41,875 bases of DNA from Acidobacteriota bacterium (GCA_016195295.1 JACPZV010000389.1:1-41875); one strand, 5' to 3'; positions 1 through 9,600 are shown, counted from the first letter of the stretch. A program made the numbers and translations. Notes: generated by a model not told the origin, from the sequence alone.

Positions 1-1
1 C

Positions 2-1207
2 ACCGCGAACCGCAAGCTGCGTGCGTTCGCCGTCGTGCAGGTCGCGGCGTGCTTCATGCTGCTTGCCGGCGCCGGCATGCTGCTGCGCACGCTGCTCGCG
101 CTGCAGGCCACCAATCCCGGCTTCGAGACGCGGCAGGTACTGGCCGTGAACGTTCCGGTGATGTCGTACGGGCGCTCGCAGGAACAGATTCGCGAGTTCT
201 ATCGCGAAGTGCGGCGCAAGGTCACCGCGATCCCCGGCGTCGCTCAGGTCGCCGTCGGCGGCACCGTGCCGTGGCGTGACGTCGGCGCCTTCGGTCAGGG
301 CTTCGCGTTCACCGTCGAAGGCTGGCGTCGGGGCACAGACGAGGACGATCCCCACGGGAAGTTCCGTTCGGTCTCGCCGGGCTTCTTCGCGGCGCTCGGC
401 ATCCCCATCCTCGACGGACGCGATTTCACCGAGGCGGATCGCAACGGCGCCGAGCGCGTGGTGATCGTCAGCGCGAGCGTGGCGCAGCGGCTGTTTCCCG
501 GTCAGAGCGCGCTCAATCGTCACCTGACGTGGACCGACGGCGTGATGAAGTTCATCGGCATCGCGACCGAGCCCCGCCGCATCGTCGGCATCGCCGCCGA
601 CATCAACGACGAGCAGATCGCGGGGACGCCCGCGATGCTCGTGTATCACCCGTTCGAGCAGGAGATCGGCGGCGGCCGGCTGTTCGTCCACGCGCGGACG
701 GATCCGTACGCGCTGGTACCGCCCATCACGCGCGCCGTGCGCGAGATGGCGGCGGATCAACCCGTCGAGCGCGCGGCGACGCTTGAAGATGTGCGCGCCG
801 AAGTGCTGGCGCCGAACCGGCTGAACACGATCGTGTTCGGCGGCTTCGCGGCGGTCGCGCTGGCGATTTCGATCGTGGGCGTCGCGGGCGTGCTGGCGTT
901 CTCGGTCAGCGGGCGGATGCGCGAGTTCGGGATCCGGATGGCGATCGGATCGCAGCCGCGCGCGATTCTGACCGGCGTTCTCGTGGAAGGCATGTGGATG
1001 GCGGGGCTGGGCGTCGTGGCCGGCGCCGTCGGCGGACTCGCGCTGTCGCGCGTGATCGGCAGCGTTATACAAGATGTTCAGCTGCCCGGCCCCTTGCCGA
1101 CGATCGGCGCCGCGCTCGTTTTGCTCGCGGCCGCGATCATCGCGGCCGTTTGGCCGGCCGCGCGGGCCGCGCGCGTCGACGTCGTGCAGGCGCTGCGGGC
1201 GGAGTAG
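2..1207 (+). CDS. ABC transporter permease, MacB/FtsX-like (ADOP-type), C-terminal part; the 5' end lies outside the window
   Basis: The frame is open from base 2 (TANRKLRAFAVVQVAACFMLLAGAGMLLRTL, a typical FtsX TM helix). A periplasmic MacB-like domain follows, then the C-terminal FtsX signature REFGIRMAIGSQPRAIL plus three TM helices. Stop at 1207. Confidence 0.8.
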   Translation, partial: TANRKLRAFAVVQVAACFMLLAGAGMLLRTLLALQATNPGFETRQVLAVNVPVMSYGRSQEQIREFYREVRRKVTAIPGVAQVAVGGTVPWRDVGAFGQGFAFTVEGWRRGTDEDDPHGKFRSVSPGFFAALGIPILDGRDFTEADRNGAERVVIVSASVAQRLFPGQSALNRHLTWTDGVMKFIGIATEPRRIVGIAADINDEQIAGTPAMLVYHPFEQEIGGGRLFVHARTDPYALVPPITRAVREMAADQPVERAATLEDVRAEVLAPNRLNTIVFGGFAAVALAISIVGVAGVLAFSVSGRMREFGIRMAIGSQPRAILTGVLVEGMWMAGLGVVAGAVGGLALSRVIGSVIQDVQLPGPLPTIGAALVLLAAAIIAAVWPAARAARVDVVQALRAE

Positions 1208-1469
1208 CCGCCTTCGCGCCGTCTTGCGTGTCTCGTAGCGCGGCCCTTCCGCCTTCGCGTGAAGCTTCGGCAGACCGCCGTAGCCTTGGCGTAGGCGGTT
1301 CGGGGTCGCGTCCCATCTCTCGCCTCAGCCGCGCCTCGCGGCGGGACGGATCGAGCACATCGAGCAGGCCTTCGTATACTTCCCTCGCCCGAACATCCGG
1401 GACGCCGCTCGCGATCCGCTCGCGCAGGTAATTCGTGGCGGCCAGGATGTTCAATTGCTGCCAGTTCAC
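1137..1469 (-). CDS. Small conserved hypothetical protein, paralog of 4027..4353
   Basis: GTG start. The first ~48 aa (MNWQQLNILAATNYLRERIASG..RA.EVYEGLLDVLDPSRR.ARL) are nearly identical to the second copy, and DNA differences are mostly at third codon positions. The C-terminal tail is basic, low-complexity and divergent, and overlaps the permease 3' end by 71 nt. Confidence 0.5.
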   Translation of the reverse strand: MNWQQLNILAATNYLRERIASGVPDVRAREVYEGLLDVLDPSRREARLRREMGRDPEPPTPRLRRSAEASREGGRAALRDTQDGAKAATPPAAPARRRRARPARPAKRPR

Positions 1470-1666
1470 GAGGTCGACTGTAACTCAGGTCGGTCGTGCT
1501 AGCATCCCGCGTGATTGCAACCCGCGGCGATTGGAGAGCCAACTAAAGCCCCACCGGAGCGCTACCGTTCCGGCCTGGCATCTCCTATCGCGACCGTGCA
1601 ACGCTAAGAGCCGAAACAACGAACGCAAAAGCAAATCGGTCATCAACTGTTCGCGCCCTTCCGAGA

Positions 1667-2041
1667 TCAATCCGCCAGGATTAGATCGGGAATGTCGGCA
1701 AAATCGTCGCGATTGAGGGTCCAGAGCGCGGCGTTGTGCACGAGTGCGCAGGCCGCAATCGCCAGATCGATTTCACGGCCGCGCGCACGAGGCACGCGCG
1801 TGTAGAGCCGCGCCGCCCGTGCAGCCTCGGCCGCGCCGAAGGCGACCGCGGCGTCTTGCGGAAAGAGCAGCTCCTGATCCTTCAGCTCGTCAGGCTGCCG
1901 CGGCCCGCGCAGCCATTCATAGAGCACAATGGCGCTCACCTGAACCTGTTCGCCGCGCTCGATGAAGCGGCGCAAGTCCGGCGCCGATCGCCGGCGTCCG
2001 GTGAGCGCATCAACGAGCGCGGAGGTGTCGATGTGAATCAC
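1667..2041 (-). CDS. vapC: PIN-domain toxin VapC
   Basis: N-terminal IHIDTSALVD is followed by conserved acidic positions (YEWL, EIDLAIAA, LNRDDF). Size is 124 aa. It lies 12 nt downstream of an RHH antitoxin gene. Confidence 0.85.
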   Translation of the reverse strand: MIHIDTSALVDALTGRRRSAPDLRRFIERGEQVQVSAIVLYEWLRGPRQPDELKDQELLFPQDAAVAFGAAEAARAARLYTRVPRARGREIDLAIAACALVHNAALWTLNRDDFADIPDLILAD

Positions 2042-2053
2042 GTGAAGCGCCTG

Positions 2054-2338
2054 TCAGGCGCGATGCCGGCGACCGCCGCCTTGCCGCGCCGCTCGAAGCT
2101 CCCGCAGCTCGCGATCGACGTCGGCCGTCGAGCGGGTAGGCTTCCGTTTGACGATCGCGTCGAGCGCAGACAGCATGCGCAGCCGCTCGTGCTCGCTGAG
2201 GCGGCCGACACGATCGGCGTAGTCACGCACCGCGTCGCGGACGACCTGGCTCTGCGGCCTGTTCAACCGGGCGGCGGCTTGCCGCAACCGGGACACCGTC
2301 TGGTCGTCCAGCGTGAAGGTCACCTTGACCATATTCAT
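2054..2338 (-). CDS. vapB: Ribbon-helix-helix (CopG/VapB-type) antitoxin
   Basis: MVKVTFTLDDQTVSRLRQAAARLNRPQSQVVRDAVRDY is a classic RHH beta-strand plus two helices. It sits directly upstream of the PIN gene. GTATGG direct repeats lie in the 5' leader. Confidence 0.8.
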   Translation of the reverse strand: MNMVKVTFTLDDQTVSRLRQAAARLNRPQSQVVRDAVRDYADRVGRLSEHERLRMLSALDAIVKRKPTRSTADVDRELRELRAARQGGGRRHRA

Positions 2339-2487
2339 GCCATACTACCATACCTCCTCGCAGGGACGCTGACTGTAACGGTGTTCCCGTATGCGGCTCC
2401 CCATCTGGCTGAGGCGTTGTTCGCGCGGAGGGCTGGCTCGTCGCAGGCGCTACGAGCCGAAGTAGACTTCCCGCTCAGGAGGATCGC

Positions 2488-4017
2488 GTGGTCTCTCAAC
2501 GCGTACACGTCGGCTTCGTGGTGCTGGTCGCGTCCAGCCTAGCATTCGCCAGCGCGCGGCCGTCCGCGCAACCGCAGAATCCTGCAACGGTGCTCGTCGG
2601 CGGCACGGTGATCGACGGCAACGGCGGACCGCCGATCGCCGACGCGGTCGTGATCGTTTCCGGCTCGCGCATTCAAGCCGTCGGCCCGCGAAGCGCGGTG
2701 AAGATTCCTACCGGCGCCACCCAGATCGACGCGCGCGGCCGCTGGATTCTGCCGGGCCTGATCGACACCAACGTGCACCTCTCGCTCTACGGCGGCCAGA
2801 ACGATCGCTACGAGTCGCTCGTCCGCTATCAGCCGCGCCAGAACGAGATCGTCCTCGAAGCCGCGCAGATCGATTTGAGTTATGGCGTCACGACCGTGCG
2901 CGACAGCTACGGCGCGCTCGTGCCGCTCGCGCACGTGCGCGACCAGATCGCGCGCGGCGAGAAAACGGGCACGCGCATCCTCGCCGCCGGCAACATCCTC
3001 GGCTGGAGCGGGCCCTACTCGTTCTCCTTCAGCCGCGTGATGGGCCAGTTGACGCTCTTCCAGGAGCAGATGAACGACTTCATCGCGCAGGGCGGCGGCG
3101 AAGAACTGATGACCATGACGCCGGCCGAGCTGCGCGTGGCGATCGACAAGTACATCGACAAGGGGCCGGACTTTCTCAAGTTCGGCGGCACGAGCCACTT
3201 TTCAGAGCCGACGTTCATCGGCTTCTCGCCGGAACAGCAGCGGGTGATCGTCGAAGAGGCGCACCGCCGCAATCGGGCGGCCGAGACGCACTCGACGACG
3301 ATCGAGGGACTGCGGGTGTCGATCGCCGCGGGCATCGACGGCATCCAGCATCCCGAGCTGCTCGACGGACGCGAGATGCCCGACGATCTCATCACCACGA
3401 TTCGCGATCGTGGCCTCGTCTGCTCGATGCTCGCGAGCACGATCACCGGCCCAGCCTGGACGCGCCACCTGAAGGCGAAAGAGGAAGCCGAGAAGAAACG
3501 CATCGAAACCGAGAAAGAGGCGGCGCGCGGTCTGAAGCACGAAAAGACAACCGCCGAGCAACGGAAAGAAGATGCGGACAGCGGCGCGGGCCTCGAGGCG
3601 AGACGTCGCAACGCGCAGAAGCTGATTCGCGGCGGGTGCACGGTCACGCCAGGAACGGACAGCTACTGGGCCGCGGCGCCCGAGCTGACGCGGACGCCGA
3701 AACCGACGGAGCAGGATCACGGCATCGGCACGATCATGGCCATCGAGGGCCTCGTCGAGCTCGGCATGACCTCGTCTCAAACCATCGTCGCGGCCACAAA
3801 GAACGGGGCGATCGCGTCGCGCGGATTGAAGGATTTCGGCACGATCGAGCCCGGCAAGCTCGCGGATCTCGTGGTCCTGACGGCGGATCCGCTGGCGGAC
3901 ATCAAAAACCTGCGCAAGGTCTCCGCGGTGTTCAAAGAAGGGCGCTCCGTCGACCGCGGACGGCTGCCTGAGTTGCGCGTCCTGTCAGTCGCGCCGGCCG
4001 CGCCAGGAACGAAATAA
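2488..4017 (+). CDS. Secreted amidohydrolase-family (metal-dependent hydrolase) protein
   Basis: Signal peptide VVLVASSLAFASA. N-terminal beta-sandwich VIDGNGGPPIADAVVIVSGSRIQAVG...ILPGLIDTNVHL. C-terminal GTDS and GTIEPGKLADLVVLTADPLADIKNL motifs. AGGAGGA lies 7 nt upstream of the GTG start. Confidence 0.8.
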   Translation: MVSQRVHVGFVVLVASSLAFASARPSAQPQNPATVLVGGTVIDGNGGPPIADAVVIVSGSRIQAVGPRSAVKIPTGATQIDARGRWILPGLIDTNVHLSLYGGQNDRYESLVRYQPRQNEIVLEAAQIDLSYGVTTVRDSYGALVPLAHVRDQIARGEKTGTRILAAGNILGWSGPYSFSFSRVMGQLTLFQEQMNDFIAQGGGEELMTMTPAELRVAIDKYIDKGPDFLKFGGTSHFSEPTFIGFSPEQQRVIVEEAHRRNRAAETHSTTIEGLRVSIAAGIDGIQHPELLDGREMPDDLITTIRDRGLVCSMLASTITGPAWTRHLKAKEEAEKKRIETEKEAARGLKHEKTTAEQRKEDADSGAGLEARRRNAQKLIRGGCTVTPGTDSYWAAAPELTRTPKPTEQDHGIGTIMAIEGLVELGMTSSQTIVAATKNGAIASRGLKDFGTIEPGKLADLVVLTADPLADIKNLRKVSAVFKEGRSVDRGRLPELRVLSVAPAAPGTK

Positions 4018-4026
4018 AGGATCGAA

Positions 4027-4353
4027 TCAAGGTTTACGGCGCTCGCGTCCGGTCCGGCGATCGGCTCGGCCTCGTCGTTCGGCGCCGGCCGGATTACCGA
4101 CGTTGGTTTTCCGGTTGTCGCTCGAGATCCGACGCTCGCGAGTCGCTCGGCGCGCGCGCGCTGTCTGCTCGGCGATCGACGCCTCGATCGCCGCGGCCTT
4201 CTCACGCTGAAGCCGGGCGGCGCGCCGCGACGGATCGAGCACGTCGAGAAGGCCTTCGTACACCTCCTTCGCCCGCGGGCCGGAGTCGCCGCTCGCGATA
4301 CGCTCGCGCAGGTAGTTCGCGGCGGCCAGGATGTTCAGATGCTGCCAGTTCAC
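4027..4353 (-). CDS. Small conserved hypothetical protein, paralog of 1137..1469
   Basis: Same conserved N-terminal ~48 aa and the same ~27-nt conserved 5' leader as the first copy. The C-terminal tail is divergent and basic. Confidence 0.5.
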   Translation of the reverse strand: MNWQHLNILAAANYLRERIASGDSGPRAKEVYEGLLDVLDPSRRAARLQREKAAAIEASIAEQTARARRATRERRISSDNRKTNVGNPAGAERRGRADRRTGRERRKP

Positions 4354-4428
4354 GATGTCGACTCTAACTCAGGTCGATTCAGTAGGATTTCAGTCCATGA
4401 AGTGGCACCTCGACACCGAACACTGGGA

Positions 4429-4722
4429 ATGAAAGAGTTCACTGCTCGCTGGCTGAATCATCCACGCTGGCCCGTCATTCTCGGCGTGGTGGCGATCGTC
4501 GTCACGCTCCGGTCGCTGTGGACCGGGTTCGTGGTCGATGACTATGTGCCGGACGACGGCCGGCCGACAAAGATCGGCTTCCACTTCGACGCCGCCCTCG
4601 AAGACGACTCCATCGCGTGGTTCGCACGGCTCGAGCCCTCTTCGAACAACGCGGTCCCGACGAGGGGCCGCTATCCGCCATGGAAGCCCCCGCCTGTCGG
4701 CCAGGCGATCTCCGTCAGATGA
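4429..4722 (+). CDS. Hypothetical protein with one N-terminal TM helix; possibly the 5' fragment of a larger membrane protein
   Basis: The internal ATG at 4429 gives MKEFTARWLNHPRWPVILGVVAIVVTLRSLWTGFVVDDY, which looks like the start of an ArnT/PMT-like membrane protein. The rest has no recognisable domain. Confidence 0.25.
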   Translation: MKEFTARWLNHPRWPVILGVVAIVVTLRSLWTGFVVDDYVPDDGRPTKIGFHFDAALEDDSIAWFARLEPSSNNAVPTRGRYPPWKPPPVGQAISVR

Positions 4723-4813
4723 GGGTGCGGACCGAAATCACGGACCAGCGCCAGGGCTGACGGTTGACGGCTCTGGGGCCACGCAACAGAACTTGTTGCG
4801 CGACCTGGATTCG

Positions 4814-5176
4814 GTGCGCTACAATGCGTACGTGGCTGTCGCGATCGAACGCCTCACGCGGGTGAAGCTCCGCCGGATCGCGGAGGAGCTCGGCGGACAG
4901 AGCGAAGTCGCCCGCCTGCTGCACGTCCACCGATCGCGGGTTTCGCGCTGGTTGGCGGGCGACGAACCGGACCCGCGCAACAAGGCCAAGCTCGAGGCGC
5001 TCGAATTCGTCCTTGCACGGCTGCTCCAGACCTTTGCGCCGGCCACCGTCCGGAAGTGGCTCAGCGCGACGAACGCGCACCTGGGCCACCGGCGGCCGCT
5101 CGATCTCCTTGCGCGCAATCGCCTCTCCGAAGTCATCGCCGCGATCGAGCAGGCCGATCTCGATTCGTACGCCTGA
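4814..5176 (+). CDS. Xre-like HTH / DUF2384 antitoxin of a RES toxin (ParS/MbcA type)
   Basis: HTH segment GGQSEVARLLHVHRSRVSRWLAG, then a DUF2384-like C-terminus WLSATNAHLGHRRPLDLLARNRLSEVIAAIEQ. The stop abuts the RES gene start. The start was chosen at an in-frame GTG (4814; 4832 is also possible) because the upstream part of ORF 4538.. is Arg/Ser-rich junk. Confidence 0.75.
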   Translation: MRYNAYVAVAIERLTRVKLRRIAEELGGQSEVARLLHVHRSRVSRWLAGDEPDPRNKAKLEALEFVLARLLQTFAPATVRKWLSATNAHLGHRRPLDLLARNRLSEVIAAIEQADLDSYA

Positions 5177-5731
5177 GTGGAGCTGTTCCGAGTCTTCGAC
5201 TGGGACGGCGCATCACTCGGTCGATCCGAAGGCGGCCCGCTGTGTGTCGCGCGCTCGCGGCAAGGCGCCGGACGCCATGACAGTCCCGCGCAATACGGCG
5301 CCTGGTACTGCTCGCGGCTTGCCGTCTCGGCAATCGCCGAATGCATCCAGTATCTCCGCGGCCACGTCCTGCGCGACGGCGACTTCGTGCGCGCCAACGG
5401 CAGGACCAAAGCGCTGGTGATGCTGCGGCTCGACGACGCGCTGCCCATCGTCGATCTCGATGATCCCGCGGCGCTCGTGAGGCGGCGCCTTCGGCCCTCG
5501 CAGGTCGCGACGCTGCGACGAGCGGTGACGCAGCGGATCGCGGCGTCCGTGTTCCGTGAGGGCGCCGGCGGATTGTCGTGGTGGTCCACGCTGGACGCGG
5601 AGTGGACGAACGTGACGCTCTTTCATGAACGCGCGCTGCCTCACATCGTCATCGCCGCGCCGCCGCGGATGCTCTCGACGCGCCTCGCGGAGGTGCGCGA
5701 GGCCGCAGCGCATCTTGGCGTCCAGATTTGA
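5177..5731 (+). CDS. RES-domain toxin
   Basis: The R, E and S positions are in order (GAGRHDSP ... AIAECI ... LSWWST). Size is 184 aa. The GTG start immediately follows the antitoxin TGA. Confidence 0.8.
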   Translation: MELFRVFDWDGASLGRSEGGPLCVARSRQGAGRHDSPAQYGAWYCSRLAVSAIAECIQYLRGHVLRDGDFVRANGRTKALVMLRLDDALPIVDLDDPAALVRRRLRPSQVATLRRAVTQRIAASVFREGAGGLSWWSTLDAEWTNVTLFHERALPHIVIAAPPRMLSTRLAEVREAAAHLGVQI

Positions 5732-5804
5732 GATGCCCGCGCCGAGGTGTGCCAGGCCGCGGCGTATCCCCTACAGATCGCCTTCTTGTTGCCTGACTTG
5801 TCGG

Positions 5805-5985
5805 CTATGGACGGACCGAAAACCCGAGCGCGGTCGCGGCGGTCCCCAACCGCTCGTCGAAGCAGACGAACGGTCGCTGCTTCGGGCGTTCCCGGCATCA
5901 GACGAGCGCTGCCGCGAGTTGCGCCGCGTCGGCGTCGCGCCGTGCGCATCACGGGCCGATCGCGCTCGCGTTCGGAACGTCATGT
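5805..5985 (-). pseudogene. Decayed VapC (PIN) remnant downstream of the Phd antitoxin
   Basis: One minus-strand frame reads ARRDADAAQLAAALV*CRERPKQRPFVCFDERLGTAATALGFSVRP*. This matches the C-terminal ~45 aa of PIN toxins (DAlhLAaAl ... lvT.DerLa.aA.alG) with an in-frame TGA. About 80 N-terminal codons are missing. Confidence 0.45.
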
Positions 5986-6303
5986 TCAGTCGTCGTCGCG
6001 ATCGGCGCGGACGGCCGCTGCGGCTTTTCGCAGTGCCAGGCGGGGGCGGCGTGCGTTCCAGAACGAGGGCGGCAACGCGCCGGAACCCTTGCGCATGAGC
6101 CCGGCGGCGACCAGCGCCGCATCCTCGGCCTCGGCATCATCCGCCGTGAACGGGACGATCTTCGCGATCGGCCGCTGGCGATCGCGGACCACGATCTCCT
6201 CGCCGGCCCGGACCTCCCGCAGGTAGTGTGTGAGCCGGTTGCGGAAGGTCGGCGATGTTGGTGCTTCGCACGGAGGCTCCTTCAATATGGCTATGATAGC
6301 CAT
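5986..6303 (-). CDS. Phd/YefM-family antitoxin
   Basis: FRNRLTHYLREVRAGEEIVVRDRQRPIAKIVP is the Phd/YefM N-terminal fold. The C-terminal half (LVAAGLMRKGSGALP) resembles the second Phd copy at 20432. The start is uncertain: ATG 6303 lies inside a palindrome, and an in-frame TTG at 6285 is possible. Confidence 0.75.
   Translation of the reverse strand: MAIIAILKEPPCEAPTSPTFRNRLTHYLREVRAGEEIVVRDRQRPIAKIVPFTADDAEAEDAALVAAGLMRKGSGALPPSFWNARRPRLALRKAAAAVRADRDDD
6287..6303. promoter_or_regulatory. 17-bp perfect palindrome ATGGCTAT-G-ATAGCCAT at the Phd start; candidate antitoxin operator
   Basis: Read directly from the sequence. It overlaps the annotated ATG and lies just upstream of AAGGAG. Confidence 0.35.
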
Positions 6304-6660
6304 GTCGAAGGCGTCGCGGCAGCCGCTGCTGGGGCGTGCGCAGTCGCGAAGATGTCTTCGCCGCCGTTGGTGAGGGCGACAGCGATGTCGTGTGGCTCGA
6401 AGGGCTCAAGCCGTAACGAGCTCGACCGCCGACCATCGAGTTGGGTCGTCCTGGTGATCTCATCGAGCCGCAGGGCCGCAGGCGTCTCGAGAAAGCTCTT
6501 CGCGCGCTCGTGCGACGCCAGCAACTGCTCGACCTGTTGGCGCAAGGCGTCGTCGCCTTCGCACGTCCTCGAGAGATAGGCGGGGCGGGCGTCCGCCGAC
6601 AGCGCGCGCACCATCGAACACTGCCTTCAGGCGCGGCCACTCGTCGGGACGAACCGTCAT
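6291..6660 (-). pseudogene. N-terminal leader fragment of a Ser/Thr kinase (frameshifted; kinase domain absent)
   Basis: Two frames join to give MTVRPDEWPRLKAVFDGARA|LSADARPAYLSRTCEGDDALRQQVEQLLASHERAKSFLETPA. The last part is nearly identical in protein and DNA to 9480-9560 of the neighbouring kinase. No GxGxxG or kinase motifs follow. Confidence 0.55.
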
Positions 6661-6683
6661 AGCTGACTGGCTTGGAGAACTGG

Positions 6684-9600
6684 TCAGTTCCCTTTCACGG
6701 TGCGAGTGGGGGGTGACGACCGAGTGCGGGCCAGCTCTCTCAATTCCTCCGCCCAGTTGAGCACGACGACGACTCGGGTTCCTGCGACCGAACTGTCCTC
6801 GTCGCGAACCATCAGGAAGCGCTGCCCGTCCGGCGTGATGTCATAGTTCGTTGAGGTTACGCCGACCATGCCGCATGAGGAACTTGTGCCGGCCGAATAG
6901 TTGCCTTCCCACAGTTGTCTCGGCGCAGAGGCTCGGATTTCAGGGGACGTGGTGATGGACACGACCATCATGGTTCTTCCGCTGCGGTAATAGAGTTCTC
7001 CACCCGATCGTCGCCACACCGGGTCGAACCCACCAGCGTTGGAAATCTGCACCTTCGGTCCGGGCCCCGGGAACGGCTGAACGTAGACTTCCGATTTGCC
7101 AGATTCGTCCGACGCGTACGCGATCCAGCGACCGTCCAGAGAGAACTTCGCGGAGCCCTCTCCAAATCGCGATCGGACGAGGGGCTGTGGTTGACGGTTG
7201 CTGCCTTCAAGCGGCAACACCCATGCGTCGTTTCCCGTTTGCGCATCCTTTTGATCGAAGGTGAGAAACCGTCCATCGGGAGAAAACGACACGGACTCTG
7301 TCGACTCCCAGTCGGGTCCAGGCGCACGGCGCTCGCGCTCCTGTCTGCGGGCATCATCCACAGCGTCATGCCGCCTGACAGCCAGGACCGAAACGCCAGC
7401 TGTTTGCCGTCCGGCGTCCAGACCGGGTCGTGACTTTGGCCATCCGTCGTCATCTTGGTCAGGACCGACCGGGCGAAATCATAGACGTAGAAATCGTGAT
7501 TCGGACCTTCGATCTCCACTGCCAGGTAGCGGCCGTCCGGCGAAAGCCGCGGGTACAAGTAGGAGGCGGGCGGCAATGGCAACGGCTCGGTCTTCCCCGA
7601 TCGGTCCACCCACACCAGCGCCCGATGCCTGTCCACGGCGGAACCAGGGACGTATGCGAGATCTCCGCGCCGCGAGAGTGAGAACTCCGCGGCGCCGGTG
7701 TTGCTGCTCATCAACACACCATCCAGTGCCTCGAACGGCGCACCGGTCACTTGCCGCCGCGACGCGTCGAACGGCACCGCCAAAAGCTTGCCCGCCCGGG
7801 CGTAGACGATGTGTCCCGAGGGAGAGTAGGCGGCTGACGTCCCCCCAACGATCAGTGTCTTTCTCTCTCGCGATTTGAGATCCCACAGATCGATTCGCGC
7901 ATCGTCGTAGTTGTTGATCCCTTCGAAGGCCACCGTGAAAATGAGCGCTTGCCCTCCGGGCAACAGGCTCGCGAACCGGTGGCTTCGCTCACCATGCTTG
8001 ACGTCGAGCTCGGTCACCGGCTGGATGTCACCTCCCGCGTCGGAGATGCGAACGATGCCGCCTGGATAGCGAGCCGTCCAGTAGATCCACCCGTCGGCTG
8101 CCCAGTCCCCCTTGTGGAAGGCGTCGTAGTCCGCCAGTTTGACCGCCGCTCCCCCGGATAGCGCGGCCTTGTAAAACGGGCGCGCCCACGAAAAGATCGC
8201 GTTACCCTCGATGAAGGAAACGGCGGTGCCGTCTGGCGAAAAAAGGGGCGCACCACGAAAGCCGGGCGAGGCTGATGCCTCGAGCGACCGCGTTTCAAGG
8301 CCGTCGAACCGCCGGATGGACACCGGTCCGGGCAGCGTCGTGATCGCCAACTGCGTGCCATCCGGTGAAAGGGCCAAGTGCGGGTTGAATTCCCCGACAA
8401 TCACTTGACCCCTTGGAAGGTCCACGGTGAAGCGCGCCACCCGGCGCTCGCCTGCAGGCCCGCTCCCGCCCCTCAATCCCAACCAGAGCGCGCCGGCAAG
8501 CACGAGCGCAACGATGCTCACAGCGGCCGCGGTCCGCGTGCGGCTTCCCAGCCACGGGGCGCTCGCGGCTGCCAGCGCGCGCGCCTCGTCTGCCCCAGCA
8601 TCCCGTTCGGCAAGCCACTGCAGCTCGCGCAGGAGATCGCGCGCGGTCTGCCAGCGATCGTCGGGATCTTTGGCCAGACAGGTTCTGACGATGCGATCGA
8701 GCACGGGGATCGCGAGCGGCTGGAGAGTCGAAAGTGGCGGCGGCTCTCGTTCGAGGATGGCGGCCATCAAGCTTGCGTGGCTGTCCCCATCGAACGCTTT
8801 CCGTCCGGCGAGCATTTCGAAGAGGACGGCGCCGAACGCGAAGATGTCCGTGCGCGCATCGGCCTCCTTTCCTTTGATCTGCTCCGGCGCCATGTACTGA
8901 ACCGTGCCGACGATCAGGCCGGGCGCCGTGAGACTCGGCGACCCCGTCATCGCCCTGGAGCTGACCGTGATGGCGGGCGCCATCGCTTTGGCCAGCCCGA
9001 AGTCGAGCAGCTTTGCGGTCGGCGGGGAAGCCCCGCCGCCACGTACGAGGAAGATGTTGCCGGGCTTGAGATCGCGGTGGACGATGCCGGCGCGGTGGGC
9101 TTTGTCGAGTGCCGACGCAATCTGGATGGCGAGCTGGAGCGCCTGCGCCACCGGCAACGGCTTCTTGGCCAGCCGCGTCGCCAGCGTCTCGCCTTCCAGG
9201 AATTCCATCACCAGGAAGTCGACGCCTTCCTGATGCCCGACGTCGTGCAGCGTGCAGATGTTTGGATGGTTCAGCGCGGCGACGGCGCGCGCTTCTCGCT
9301 CGAAGCGCTCGCGCGCGTGAGGATCCTGCGCGACGAGAGCCGGCAGGACTTTAATTGCCACCGTGCGGTCGAGCCGCGTGTCGCGCGCCTTGTAGACTTC
9401 GCCCATCCCGCCCGCGCCGATGCGCGCGGCGAGCTGGTACGAACCGATGCGCCGGCCTTCCAAGTGCGTCGTCTCCGTCGCGTCGGTGAGCGGCGGGACC
9501 GCCGGCGTTTCCAGAAAGCTCTTCGCGCGCTCGTGCGAGTCCAGCAACAGCTCGAGCTTGTCGGTGAGTCTTTTCCGAGCGTGGTCGACGAGGATCTGCC

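Noticed and set aside
1470-1666. Checked intergenic stretches (1470-1666, 19132-19250, 39000-39190) for tRNA, tmRNA or riboswitch-like structure as possible island insertion sites.
   Set aside because: I could find no cloverleaf-compatible arms and no conserved T-loop (GTTCGAATC-type) by eye. This cannot be excluded without tRNAscan or Infernal.
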